From Thermodesulfobacteriota bacterium (GTDB taxonomy: Bacteria > Desulfobacterota > Desulfobacteria > Desulfobacterales > SURF-7), in NCBI GenBank assembly GCA_049320885.1, contig JBMORA010000001.1, forward strand, positions 178,622 through 242,621: 64,000 bases of DNA, read 5' to 3'. The number at the start of each line of letters is the position of its first letter. Within the stretch, counting starts at the first letter, position 1. The position numbers were made by a program, and so were the translations under genes. Shown here one piece after another: positions 24,048-34,385 of this stretch. The notes under the pieces were generated by a model. That model ran no database searches and was not told the DNA's origin. It saw only the letters and a program-made list of their open reading frames with translations.

Positions 24048-24938
24048 TCAGGGCCTCGGTTCGTACCGGTATTCGGCGGCGATGTCGGACCGTGACAGGC
24101 GGCTGAAAAGGCTGTCCAGGGAGGACTCGGTCAGGTACTGCAAAAAAGACAGGGGCTTTTCTTCCGGATACACCGTCGAAATTTTCCCCTTGATCCCGCC
24201 CAGCCTCCCGGCCCATTCAACAGCATCCTCGAAATTACCGGTGCGGTCGACCAATCCCAGCATTTTTGCTTCCTCTCCGGAGAAAATCCTGCCGTCCGCC
24301 AGTTTCCCCATTTGCAGGGGATCCATTTTTCTTCCAAGGGAAACATCCTGCACGAACTGGCGATGGATCGTATCCACAAATTTCTGAAGGATTTCTTTCT
24401 CCGGGGCCGTCATTTCGCGCAAGGGTGACCCGATATCCTTATACTCACCACTTTTGATGACAATGGGCAGCAGACCGATCTTTTGAAAAATTTCACGGAA
24501 ATTGGTGTATCCCATAATCACACCGATGCTGCCGGTTATTGTCCCGGGATTGGCGACGATGCCGTCCGATGCGGCGGCGATGTAATAACCGCCGGAAGCA
24601 GCCACGGAACCCATGGAGGCGATCACTTTCTTTTTTTCGATGGTTTTTCGAACCTCCCGGTAGATTTCCTGGGATGGTCCCACTGCCCCGCCCGGGGAAT
24701 CGATGCGCAATACGATGGCTTTGATACTCTCATCCTCACGATATTCCTTGAGCTGCCGAACCGTATCCTTGGATTCCATGATGACCCCTTCGATTTCCAC
24801 AATGCCCACCGTGTCACCGGCAAAGGATGGGGATTTTTGAACGCCGACGATCAGCATGGTCATGGTCACGAACATGCCGGAAACGATGGCCGTGAAAACC
24901 AGGATAAAAAAAAGATAGGGGTGTCTTCTTGAAAACAT
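24048..24938 (-). CDS. sppA: Signal peptide peptidase SppA (short form)
   Basis: RIDSPGG, AASGGYY, TGSIGV, SGEYKD. Confidence 0.93.
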   Translation of the reverse strand: MFSRRHPYLFFILVFTAIVSGMFVTMTMLIVGVQKSPSFAGDTVGIVEIEGVIMESKDTVRQLKEYREDESIKAIVLRIDSPGGAVGPSQEIYREVRKTIEKKKVIASMGSVAASGGYYIAAASDGIVANPGTITGSIGVIMGYTNFREIFQKIGLLPIVIKSGEYKDIGSPLREMTAPEKEILQKFVDTIHRQFVQDVSLGRKMDPLQMGKLADGRIFSGEEAKMLGLVDRTGNFEDAVEWAGRLGGIKGKISTVYPEEKPLSFLQYLTESSLDSLFSRLSRSDIAAEYRYEPRP

Positions 24939-24993
24939 AATCCGATCATGACCTCGTTTTCTATGATTTCATTCCGCTGCCGGAACACACAAC

Positions 24994-25070
24994 AAAAAAG
25001 CGCCAGCCCGGTGAATCGTTCCTGCCGGCAATGGATTGCGCGGCAGGAACGACATGCGGCTAACGCTTTT
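24994..25070 (-). terminator. Long imperfect hairpin / terminator downstream of rpsA
   Basis: TCGTTCCTGCCG...CGGCAGGAACGA core flanked by AAAAGCG/CGCTTTT; T run on the minus strand. Confidence 0.6.
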
Positions 25071-25102
25071 ATGGTTTGTTCGGACTGAAACCAGGTTTCC
25101 AG

Positions 25103-26962
25103 CTATTCCGCTTTCTCCCGATCCGCTTTTCGGCCGTCGCCGTCCGTGGCACCATTGAGTTTTTCCTGCAGGTTTTCCCGCAGAATTTCGCCAAAGGAAG
25201 ACGTCGCCGGCTTCATATTATTGACATACTCTTTCAGCGTGGTCTCGTCGTCATCCATGTCAATGCGCTTGATGGACAAGCCGATCCGGCGTTCCTCGGT
25301 GTTCACATTCATGACCTTGGCGGTCAGGGTGTCCCCCACATTGTATTGGCCCACCGGCGTCTTGATTTTCTCCTTGCTGATTTCGGAAACATGGACAAGG
25401 CCCTCAATACCCTCTTCCAGTTCAACAAAAATACCGAAATCGGTGACATTGGTAACCGTGCCGGAAATCACCTTGCCCACTTCGTATCGTTCCCGGACGG
25501 TTTTCCAGGGATCCTGCTGGAGCTGTTTGACGCCCAGTGAAAATCGTTCGCTTTCCTTATCAATATCCAGAACGATGGCTTGAACCACATCCCCTTTTTT
25601 ATATACCTCGGACGGATGCTTGATCCGCTTGGTCCATGAAATATCCGAAATGTGAACCAGACCGTCGATATCGTCATCAATGCCGATAAATAAACCGAAA
25701 TCCGTTATATTTTTGATTTTTCCCTCAATTGTCGTGCCGATCGGATACTTTTCGCTGATCACTTCCCATGGATTGGGGACAACTTGTTTCATACCAAGGG
25801 ATATTCTCCGGCTTTCCGGTTTGAGATCCAGCACGACCGCTTCCACCATCTCACCGGTGGAGACGACTTTGGAAGGATGTCGGACCTTCCTGGTCCAGGA
25901 CATCTCGGACACATGAATAAGCCCCTCGACCCCCTCTTCCAACTCGACGAAAGCGCCATAATCGGTCAGACTGACGACTTTGCCTTTCACCTTTGATCCC
26001 ACCGCATATTTTTTGGTTGCCACGGTCCAGGGATCCGGGGACAACTGTTTCATCCCCAAAGAGACTCGTTCTTTCTCCAGGTCAAATGAAAGAACCTTGA
26101 CCTTGATCTTATCTCCCACGGTGAACATTTCCGAAGGATGCTTGACCCGGCCCCAGGAAATATCGGTGATATGCAGCAGTCCGTCCACGCCGCCCAGATC
26201 CACGAAAATTCCATATTCGGTGATATTTTTCACAATGCCTTCCAGCACCTGACCTTCGGTAATGGAAGACAGCGTGGCCGATCGTTTGGACTCTCTTTCC
26301 TGCTCCAGGATGGCCCGGCGCGACAGGACGATATTGCTTCTTTTGCGATTATATTTCAGTATCTTGAATTTAAACGTCTGGCCAACCATTTCATCCAGAT
26401 TCCGAATGGGACGAAGATCCGCCTGGGACCCCGGCAGAAATGCCTGGAGACCGACATCAACGGAAAATCCGCCTTTCACCCGGCTGGTGATCACGCCTTC
26501 GATGGTGCCGTCCGTATCGTATGTTTCCCGGATGGTTTCCCAGACCTTGACTTTTTCAGCCTTTTCTTTCGAAAGTACGACCCGTTCCTCTTCTTCATCC
26601 CAGAATTCAACCATGACTTCGACCTCGTCATGGATGTTCGCATGGACGGCGCCGCTTTCATCTTTGAATTCCTGGATACGGATCTGCCCTTCCGACTTAT
26701 ATCCGATATCGACAAGGACATAATCCTTGTCGACGGCGATAATTCTACCGGTAACGACTTCTCCCTCCGCGAATCTCTTAAAACTTTCCTCGTACAGACC
26801 CATCAGCTCATCCATGCCGCCTTCCCCCTTTCGGGAGCCTTCGGCGAATCCGTCCGCAGTCGGATCATCGGTGGGTTGCGCGCTGCTGTGAAATACAGCC
26901 GCCTCCAACAGGTCATCTCCAATAACATTCTGATTTACATCGCTTTTAAAAGTGTTTTCCAT
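25103..26962 (-). CDS. rpsA: 30S ribosomal protein S1
   Basis: Six S1 repeats (e.g. GLLHITDISW, GLIHVSEMSW); follows cmk. Confidence 0.97.
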   Translation of the reverse strand: MENTFKSDVNQNVIGDDLLEAAVFHSSAQPTDDPTADGFAEGSRKGEGGMDELMGLYEESFKRFAEGEVVTGRIIAVDKDYVLVDIGYKSEGQIRIQEFKDESGAVHANIHDEVEVMVEFWDEEEERVVLSKEKAEKVKVWETIRETYDTDGTIEGVITSRVKGGFSVDVGLQAFLPGSQADLRPIRNLDEMVGQTFKFKILKYNRKRSNIVLSRRAILEQERESKRSATLSSITEGQVLEGIVKNITEYGIFVDLGGVDGLLHITDISWGRVKHPSEMFTVGDKIKVKVLSFDLEKERVSLGMKQLSPDPWTVATKKYAVGSKVKGKVVSLTDYGAFVELEEGVEGLIHVSEMSWTRKVRHPSKVVSTGEMVEAVVLDLKPESRRISLGMKQVVPNPWEVISEKYPIGTTIEGKIKNITDFGLFIGIDDDIDGLVHISDISWTKRIKHPSEVYKKGDVVQAIVLDIDKESERFSLGVKQLQQDPWKTVRERYEVGKVISGTVTNVTDFGIFVELEEGIEGLVHVSEISKEKIKTPVGQYNVGDTLTAKVMNVNTEERRIGLSIKRIDMDDDETTLKEYVNNMKPATSSFGEILRENLQEKLNGATDGDGRKADREKAE

Positions 26963-27182
26963 GAACTGTAATACCCCCTTAACCAAATTTTTATTCCGCG
27001 CCCGTGAAGAGCGCGCAATAAGTGAAAGGGCTTATACCAAACGAGCCTGGAAAACACAATGATTAATTCGTCCAACGGATGGATGAGGTCCGCAAGGACT
27101 GCGAAGGCCTATTCCGGATGATCTGGAAGGGGTTTCATGCTTGGCGCCAAAATGGTTGCAGCAAAAGTGGGGCCGGCACCAA

Positions 27183-27854
27183 TCACCGGCCATGTTTTCC
27201 ATGTATCTCCATCAGCATGCGATCCACCACTTCCGTGATGGAAAGCAATGTGGAATCAATGACAATGGCGTCCTCCGCCGGCTTCAGGGGAGCCACTGCA
27301 CGCGTGCTGTCATTTTGATCCCGGCGCATGATGTCGGCCTCGACTTCTTCCAGGCTCTGGGACGATTTTCCGGCCAGCTCACCGAATCGGCGCAATGCCC
27401 GGGTGCGAACCGACGCTTCCAAAAAAAACTTGACGTCGGCTTTGGGAAACACAACCGTGCCCATATCCCGGCCCTCGAAAACCGCTCCGCCTTCGGCCCC
27501 CAGCCTGCGTTGAAGATCGAAAAGGCATTCGCGCACCACCGGTTTGGCGGATATGGCCGACGCCAGCATGGTGATTTCAGGTGTCCGGATGCAATCGGTG
27601 ATATCCCGTTCACTGGACAGCAACCGCAAACCCTGCCCTGCGAACACCAGGCGCAGATCCACCGCCCGGCATAATTTTTCGAGGTCGGCCGGATCTTCAT
27701 GGCGGATATTTCGAAGTTTCGCCTCGTAGGCGATCCCTCGATACAAGGCACCGGTATCGACATAGGTATAGTTCAGGCGCTCCGCCAGGATACGGCTGGC
27801 CGTTGTTTTCCCGGCCCCTGCCGGACCATCGATGGTAATGATCAATTTTCGCAT
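27183..27854 (-). CDS. cmk: Cytidylate kinase
   Basis: IDGPAGAGKTT, DTGALYR, EGRDMGTVVFP. Confidence 0.97.
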   Translation of the reverse strand: MRKLIITIDGPAGAGKTTASRILAERLNYTYVDTGALYRGIAYEAKLRNIRHEDPADLEKLCRAVDLRLVFAGQGLRLLSSERDITDCIRTPEITMLASAISAKPVVRECLFDLQRRLGAEGGAVFEGRDMGTVVFPKADVKFFLEASVRTRALRRFGELAGKSSQSLEEVEADIMRRDQNDSTRAVAPLKPAEDAIVIDSTLLSITEVVDRMLMEIHGKHGR

Positions 27855-27964
27855 ATTCCGGGCTCCGAATGGGAAAGACGATTTCCAGGCTATGTGTTTT
27901 ATGATAGTATAACCGATATTCCTGAATCAGGCTATATTCCTTTTTTTCAGTATCGAGGTTCTCC

Positions 27965-29137
27965 ATGACGATTGTTCAAACCGGACTGGAACATTTTATT
28001 GATTCCCCCCCTGGTTGGATTTCAGGCAAACGCATCGGCTTGTTATGCAATCCGGCTTCCGTTGACCGCCGTTTCCGACACGCCCGGGACCTGATCGCTG
28101 AAAGATTTCCCGGCCAATTGACCGCGCTGTTTGCACCCCAACACGGTTTCTTTGCGGAAAAACAGGACAACATGGTGGAATCCGAGGATACCACCGACCC
28201 TCACTGGAACATACCGATTTTCAGCCTGTACGGGAAAACCCGCGTCCCGACAAAAAAAATGTTCGACGCCATCGATATGTTGCTGGTGGACATACAGGAT
28301 GCGGGGACCCGGGTTTATACCTTCATTTATACGCTTTCCTATTGCCTTGAAGTCGCCCGGGAGCAAGGGAAAACAGTGGTCGTGCTGGATCGACCGAATC
28401 CCCTGGGGGGCGTGGCGGTTGAAGGAAACTGTCTCCGGTCCGACTGCGCCTCCTTTGTCGGCCGCTATCCGATTCCCATGCGTCACGGCCTGACCATCGG
28501 TGAAATCGCGCAGCTGTTCAACGAACACTATGGTATCCAATGCGATCTTTCCGTTTTTCCCATGCTCGGGTGGAAACGGTCCATGCTTTTCCCTGAAACC
28601 GGACTTCCCTGGGTCCCCCCGTCGCCCAATCTCCCCACCCCTGCATCCGCCCTGGTTTATCCGGGCCAGGTCCTGTGGGAAGGCACCAATGTTTCCGAAG
28701 GGCGTGGCACGACTCAGCCCTTTGAACTCTTCGGCGCTCCGTTTATCCGTCCGGAACGGTTGGTACGGGAATTGGCGGACGAACCGCTGGAGGGGGTTGT
28801 CCTGAGGCCGGTGATCTTTGAACCCACATCCAATAAATGGAGCGGGAAAAGCTGTTTCGGCTTTCAACTGCATGTGGTCGATTCCGATGCCTACCGGCCC
28901 TATGCGACTTCCCTGAAATTGCTGAAGGCAACCATCCGGCTTCACGGGGATTCTTTTCGTTGGAAGTCTCCCCCCTATGAATATGAATTCAACCGCTGGC
29001 CCATTGATCTCATCATCGGCGACAAGGATGTCCGGCGACGGATCGAGCAAGGTGAATCAATCGAGACAATGGAAAAAGGCTGGCGGCAGGAAGTGGAATC
29101 GTTTCGGGAAATCAGCAACAGGTTCCAACTATATTGA
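27965..29137 (+). CDS. namZ: DUF1343 exo-beta-N-acetylmuramidase NamZ-like
   Basis: FAPQHG, SLYG, DIQDAGTRVYT, DRPNP, RHGLTIGE, PSPNLP, SEGRGT. Confidence 0.88.
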   Translation: MTIVQTGLEHFIDSPPGWISGKRIGLLCNPASVDRRFRHARDLIAERFPGQLTALFAPQHGFFAEKQDNMVESEDTTDPHWNIPIFSLYGKTRVPTKKMFDAIDMLLVDIQDAGTRVYTFIYTLSYCLEVAREQGKTVVVLDRPNPLGGVAVEGNCLRSDCASFVGRYPIPMRHGLTIGEIAQLFNEHYGIQCDLSVFPMLGWKRSMLFPETGLPWVPPSPNLPTPASALVYPGQVLWEGTNVSEGRGTTQPFELFGAPFIRPERLVRELADEPLEGVVLRPVIFEPTSNKWSGKSCFGFQLHVVDSDAYRPYATSLKLLKATIRLHGDSFRWKSPPYEYEFNRWPIDLIIGDKDVRRRIEQGESIETMEKGWRQEVESFREISNRFQLY

Positions 29138-29188
29138 AGCCCGTCCGGGGAATGCGTATTCCACCCGAAATCGCGACAAGAAGGATAC

Positions 29189-29229
29189 AAAAAGCAGGAA
29201 CCCCTCGGAGCCGTGACAGGGTTCCTGCT
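29189..29229 (-). terminator. Intrinsic terminator between convergent genes
   Basis: AGCAGGAACCC...GGGTTCCTGCT stem with an adjacent A run (T run on the minus strand). Confidence 0.65.
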
Positions 29230-29238
29230 GTTGGACCA

Positions 29239-29511
29239 TCAGGCTTTCTTCTTCAAACTATCGATTTCTTTTTTCAGCTCGGATATCTGCCGGTCCTTGT
29301 CATCCCCAAGCGGGGCCACCGGGTCGACTCCCTCGTCTTTTTTCCAGGTGTCTTTCAATTCGTCAAAACCAAGATACAGGGCCAGACATCCTCCCAGCAG
29401 CAGCATGGCGGGAACAACCCCGGCCAACAGCTGCAGGAATGGTTTAAACCATATCGCCATGCCGATAATTCCCAGGAGAGCTCCAACCGCGCCACCAATT
29501 AATGTTTTCAT
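29239..29511 (-). CDS. Small two-TM membrane protein, MamI-like
   Basis: Strong GGAGGA RBS; two Gly-rich TM helices and a C-terminal coiled coil. Confidence 0.8.
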   Translation of the reverse strand: MKTLIGGAVGALLGIIGMAIWFKPFLQLLAGVVPAMLLLGGCLALYLGFDELKDTWKKDEGVDPVAPLGDDKDRQISELKKEIDSLKKKA

Positions 29512-29937
29512 AAAACCGTTTCCTCCTTTGACTTGTCATAAATGATTTATTTGATGTGATCCTGAATGAATTTACAGTCACCGATCCACGGTCGGCATGG
29601 CCTGATCCGCGAGCCCTTTGCTACGCGCCGAAGACCATATTTTATAGCCGTTATTTCAAATAGATATACAACTTTTTACCGCTCAACCCAAATTTGCGCA
29701 AAAAGTAACACAACCAACCATCTAACGCAAGACCATTTTTTCAAAAGAAAATCGTTGGAATCCCACAGGGAAGGGGGTTCGTGCCCAAATTGGGAAGAAA
29801 CCTCAACAGCCAGCCGGGACTCCCGAGGGGCAACAATCATATTGCATTGCAAAGAGCCATTTGATAGTTTTACTATTTTTGGTGAATGCGGAAATGGTAC
29901 ACGGCTTGGATCCAACTCATGGACAGGGAAGACTGGA

Positions 29938-32586
29938 ATGATACATGCGCTGAAAAAGGCTTTGCGCCGGTTGAAAACCCTATTGGATAACCTGTTGAAC
30001 AAAGCACTCGATGGAACCCACGATCACTTCGCCTGTCATCTCCCGCCCAAGACCGGCTTCCTGACCAGTTTGGTGCTGCGCTTTTTCCTGTTCGGCATCG
30101 GAATAGACGAAAAAAAAGCTGCCAAACTGAAGGGCCTGGAAAAAGAAGGGGTGGTTGTCTATGTGAATAAATATAAGAGCCGTTTTGAATTTCTGCTCCA
30201 CCACACCCGCTACCAGGCCCTCGGCCTTCCTTTTCCGGAAATCGGGTTTTACTACAACTTCCCCGTATTGCTGCCCCTGACTCGTCTGCTTAGAATTTTT
30301 CTGTCATATGTGGATTATTTCTTTCGGTACTTCCATGCCCCGGATCCCTTCATCAGTGGGTTTATCCGGAATCAATTACTCGAAGGCAAGGCCGGATTCT
30401 TTTCTCTTATCGACAAAAAAGGCTTTCAAAGACGATTCATCAAGGCCAAAACCGATCCTGTGCGGTACCTGATCGAAATACAGCATACCATCGACCGGCC
30501 GGTTTTTGTCATTCCCCAATTGATTTTCTACAGCAAACGCCCCATCCGCACCTCGCCGACACTGATCGATTTCCTGTTCGGCGCGGAAGAATCACCGGGC
30601 AGGATCAGACGTCTGATCACACTGGTTCAGAAACCGAAAAAAATTTTCGTAGAGAATTCAGAGCCCGTCAACCTTAAGGAATTTCTATCGATTCCACGAT
30701 ACAGGACCATGAGTATCGACCAACAGGCCAGAACCCTGCGGGAATATTTGTTGTCCACCATCGATCGACATCGACGCAGCATCATCGGACCGGTGCTGAA
30801 ATCCCGGGTTGAATTGAAAGAAAGCGTTCTCACGAACCGGCATGTTCAGCAATTCATTCAGCAACATGCCAAGGAGGAAGCCGTTTCCATCCGGCATGTC
30901 CAAAAAAAAGCCAACGATTATATTGAAGAAATCGCCGCCAATTACAGCCAGAACTGGATTCAGGTGTTCGATCTTTCCCTGCGCCTCATCCTGCGGATGC
31001 TGTTTGACGGCATGGTGATCGACATGGAAGGGCTTGCCCGGATTAAGGAGCTGTCCACCAAAGGACCGTTGGTGCTGGTCCCATGTCATAAAAGTCATCT
31101 CGACTATCTGATTCTTTCGTTCATTTTTCATCATAACAATATGCCCTGTCCACATATCGCTGCGGGAAAAAACTTGTCATTCTGGCCCATGGGGACGATT
31201 TTCAGGGGCGGCGGTGCTTTTTTCCTGAGGCGCACATTCAAGGGCAATATGCTGTATTCCATCATTTTTTCGCGTTATATCTATAAGATATTACAAGAAG
31301 GATTCAACATCGAATTTTTTATCGAAGGAACCCGCAGCCGAACGGGAAAGCTGCTGATGCCGAAATTGGGACTTCTTTCCATTATCGTGGAGTCCTACCT
31401 GAAAGGAGCCTGTGACGATATCCTCTTCGTACCGATCTTCATCGGTTATGACCGGGTGATTGAGGAAAAATCCTACCTGCATGAGGTCGAGGGGGGCCAG
31501 AAAGAGCCCGAAAGCCTCAAACAGGTGATAAAAGCGCGGAAAACCCTGAAAAAGCGCTATGGCAAGGTATATGTCAACTTCCACGATCCCTTGTCGCTGA
31601 AAGAGTATCTGCATGACCGGGAATACACCAGCCACGAATTGTCCCGTGAAACGCAAAAGGAGATCTGCCAGGATCTCGGTTTCCGGTTCGTCAACGGCAT
31701 CAACCATGTTGCCGTTGTGACGCCCTACGGCGTTGTCGCGAGCGCCATTCTGAACATTTCCAAAAAAAGAGTGCCGTACGAAACCATCGAAGCGTATTTG
31801 ACCGTATACATGGACTACCTGATTTCCATCAAGGCGAAGCGGAGCGACAGTCTCTTATCCCATGACCATCAAAAAACATTTAACTCCGTGTTATCCGTTT
31901 TCGTCCAGCGCAAATTCATCGAGCAGGCCATCTCCAATGAGGAGGAAAGATTACCGAGCAAAAGGCGGCTTTATAAAGTCAATGAAAGCCGGCGCCCCGG
32001 CCTGGATTACTATAAAAACAACTGCATCAACTTTTTTGTTCCGGCCGCGTTTACCGCGGTGGCTGTTCTGGAAACCGACGCCTTCCAGTTTTCCTCCTCC
32101 GACCTGATAACGACCTATCATTTTCTTCGGGAATTGTTCATCAACGAATTTGCGTTTGATGTGGACAAAACACCGACCGTCCATATCCGGAAAACGCTCA
32201 AGGCCTTTATCGACATCGGGATGCTGGTGCCGCATCCGACGCTTCCGGAAACCTATACCCTGACCAGCGCGGGCCTGAAAAAAATAAAATTTTTCGCTGC
32301 TTTTCTGAAGACCTATCTCGAATCATACCTGGTCGTTCTTCATTTTTTTATCCGATATCCGGCACAAATCATCGAGGGAAAAGACCGCATCAAAAAAATT
32401 CAGTCCATCGGCAATCGGATGTACAATCGAAAAGAAATTGAGCATGTCGAAGCGCTTTCGAAAATCAGCTATCTGAATGCGGACAAACATTTCATGGACC
32501 TTGGACTCGACAAGGAAAGCGAAAAGGAAACAGTTGAATCGTTTGTTGAAAAAATTCAGCATTATCTGAATGTGCTCCAGCCATGA
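29938..32586 (+). CDS. plsB: Glycerol-3-phosphate O-acyltransferase (long PlsB type)
   Basis: PCHKSHLDY (HX4D), GAFFLRR, FIEGTRSRTG; start set at MIHALKK. Confidence 0.88.
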   Translation: MIHALKKALRRLKTLLDNLLNKALDGTHDHFACHLPPKTGFLTSLVLRFFLFGIGIDEKKAAKLKGLEKEGVVVYVNKYKSRFEFLLHHTRYQALGLPFPEIGFYYNFPVLLPLTRLLRIFLSYVDYFFRYFHAPDPFISGFIRNQLLEGKAGFFSLIDKKGFQRRFIKAKTDPVRYLIEIQHTIDRPVFVIPQLIFYSKRPIRTSPTLIDFLFGAEESPGRIRRLITLVQKPKKIFVENSEPVNLKEFLSIPRYRTMSIDQQARTLREYLLSTIDRHRRSIIGPVLKSRVELKESVLTNRHVQQFIQQHAKEEAVSIRHVQKKANDYIEEIAANYSQNWIQVFDLSLRLILRMLFDGMVIDMEGLARIKELSTKGPLVLVPCHKSHLDYLILSFIFHHNNMPCPHIAAGKNLSFWPMGTIFRGGGAFFLRRTFKGNMLYSIIFSRYIYKILQEGFNIEFFIEGTRSRTGKLLMPKLGLLSIIVESYLKGACDDILFVPIFIGYDRVIEEKSYLHEVEGGQKEPESLKQVIKARKTLKKRYGKVYVNFHDPLSLKEYLHDREYTSHELSRETQKEICQDLGFRFVNGINHVAVVTPYGVVASAILNISKKRVPYETIEAYLTVYMDYLISIKAKRSDSLLSHDHQKTFNSVLSVFVQRKFIEQAISNEEERLPSKRRLYKVNESRRPGLDYYKNNCINFFVPAAFTAVAVLETDAFQFSSSDLITTYHFLRELFINEFAFDVDKTPTVHIRKTLKAFIDIGMLVPHPTLPETYTLTSAGLKKIKFFAAFLKTYLESYLVVLHFFIRYPAQIIEGKDRIKKIQSIGNRMYNRKEIEHVEALSKISYLNADKHFMDLGLDKESEKETVESFVEKIQHYLNVLQP

Positions 32587-32690
32587 ACGGATGCAGACCG
32601 GCCATCGGGTTCGACACATACCTGCATTCCGACCGCTGGAAAGTGGCAACGGAATAACCGCGTACTCTCAATTCATATGATCGGGTCACC

Positions 32691-34385
32691 ATGAAGGCAT
32701 TACTCTTGGCAGCCGGCTTCGGAACGCGTCTGCTGCCTTACACCAGCCATACCCCCAAGCCGCTTTTCCCCATCGCGGGAAGGCCCCTGATGGATCATAT
32801 CATCCGGCAATTGGAGGCCGCCGGTTGTCATGCGATCCTCATCAACACCCATCATTTGCACCAGCGGGTGGAAGAATTTGTATCGCGGCAGGCTTACCGG
32901 ATACCCGTTTTCACCCGTTTTGAACCCGAAATACTCGGGACCGGAGGGGCCATAAAAAATGCGGCGGATTTTTGGGACAGCGATCCTTTTCTGGTGGTCA
33001 ACAGCGACATTGTTACCGACATCGACTTCCGGGAGGTGTATGAGTTTCATTGCCGCCATCCACATCCGGTAACCATGGTGCTCCATGATTATCGGGAATT
33101 CAATCAGGTCTCCATGAATCCGGATGGGATGGTCGTTGCCTTCCATGAAAAAGCCGGAGAATCGGATACCGGACCTTCTACACGACTGGCGTTTACCGGC
33201 ATCCAGGTAATCGATCCGGAAATTCTGGAATACATACCGGAAAAAACATTCCGCAACAGCATCGATGTTTACCGGCAGGTCATTCAGAATGGCCGCGGCG
33301 TGAAGGCCTGTGTAGTAAAAAACCATCATTGGTGCGATATCGGCACGGTGGAATCGTACAGACGAATCGTTTACGAAGCCATGGCTCCGGAGGCCTTTGA
33401 CCAAGCATTCGGTCAACGACCACCCACGCCGATTCAGCGCTCGCGACTCAAGGGCGACGGCTCCGACAGGGCCTGGTACCGTCTTGCGAGCGACGGACGG
33501 TCCCTGGTGATGGTCGATCATGGAATCCGGACCTCCCAAACCGTCTGTGAAGTCGATTCGTTTATCGCCATCGGTCGCCACCTCTCCAGGAAAGGCGTTC
33601 CAGTCCCCCGAATTCACCTGGCCGATGCCTTCTCCGGGCTCGTCTTCCTGGAGGATTTGGGAGATATCCATCTTCAGCAGGTGGTCCTGTCGGCCGAACC
33701 GGAAGACGTGAAACAATATTACCGCCGGATTATTGATCTTCTGTTTCACATGGCAACCAATGCCGCCGAGGATTTCGACCCGAGCCAAACCTATCAGACA
33801 CCTGCGTACACTCGGGAACTGATTCTCTCCCGGGAATGCGGATATTTTCTGGAAGCTTTTGTAGGCGGGTACCTGGGGCTGACGGTGTCTTTTAACGACA
33901 TGGCCCCGGACTGTGAGAGACTGGTCGAGGAGGTCATGAAACACGCCGTTACCGGATTCATGCACCGGGACTTCCAATCACGAAATATCATGGTGAACGG
34001 GGGACGAATCTTTTTCATCGATTTTCAGGGAGGGCGGCTGGGGCCCGTTCAATACGACCTGGCCTCCCTGTTGCTGGATCCGTATGTCGCCCTGCCGTTT
34101 GGGCTCCAGTTGGAACTGCTGGAATACGCCGTTGAAAAAGCCGTGGCCTTGAAGCTATCCGCCGCGGAAAGTTTCCGCTATGGTTTCCGGGCTTGCGCCC
34201 TGACCCGTAATCTCCAGATCCTTGGCGCCTATGGTTTTCTGAGCCGGGTCAAGGGGAAGACCGATTTTGAGCAATTTATCCCGCAGGCCCTGAAAAGCCT
34301 GCACCACAATCTGAACATGCCGTACCCACCGGATTATCCGGCGATCCGATCCATCGTCAATCGAATCAGAAAGGAACTGCCATGA
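32691..34385 (+). CDS. Fusion of a MurU-like nucleotidyltransferase and an AmgK-like sugar kinase
   Basis: N-terminal LAAGFGTRL..PKPL, LGTGG, WCDIGT; C-terminal GDGSDR, EDLGD, HRDFQSRNIM, IDFQG. Confidence 0.82.
   Translation: MKALLLAAGFGTRLLPYTSHTPKPLFPIAGRPLMDHIIRQLEAAGCHAILINTHHLHQRVEEFVSRQAYRIPVFTRFEPEILGTGGAIKNAADFWDSDPFLVVNSDIVTDIDFREVYEFHCRHPHPVTMVLHDYREFNQVSMNPDGMVVAFHEKAGESDTGPSTRLAFTGIQVIDPEILEYIPEKTFRNSIDVYRQVIQNGRGVKACVVKNHHWCDIGTVESYRRIVYEAMAPEAFDQAFGQRPPTPIQRSRLKGDGSDRAWYRLASDGRSLVMVDHGIRTSQTVCEVDSFIAIGRHLSRKGVPVPRIHLADAFSGLVFLEDLGDIHLQQVVLSAEPEDVKQYYRRIIDLLFHMATNAAEDFDPSQTYQTPAYTRELILSRECGYFLEAFVGGYLGLTVSFNDMAPDCERLVEEVMKHAVTGFMHRDFQSRNIMVNGGRIFFIDFQGGRLGPVQYDLASLLLDPYVALPFGLQLELLEYAVEKAVALKLSAAESFRYGFRACALTRNLQILGAYGFLSRVKGKTDFEQFIPQALKSLHHNLNMPYPPDYPAIRSIVNRIRKELP

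Noticed and set aside
26800..26986. Acidic N-terminal extension of ribosomal protein S1
   Set aside because: Variable N-terminal extensions are common and the start codon is uncertain.
29757..29830. Possible ncRNA or riboswitch with short CCC/GGG palindromes upstream of plsB
   Set aside because: Loops of 1-3 nt are too small for stable hairpins and I recognise no RNA family; an Rfam/Infernal search would settle it.
29566..29937. N-terminal ORF extensions of plsB (similarly guaB 23094-23327, prc, and the kinase 37404-37619)
   Set aside because: These are longest-ORF artefacts; homology and RBS evidence point to downstream starts.
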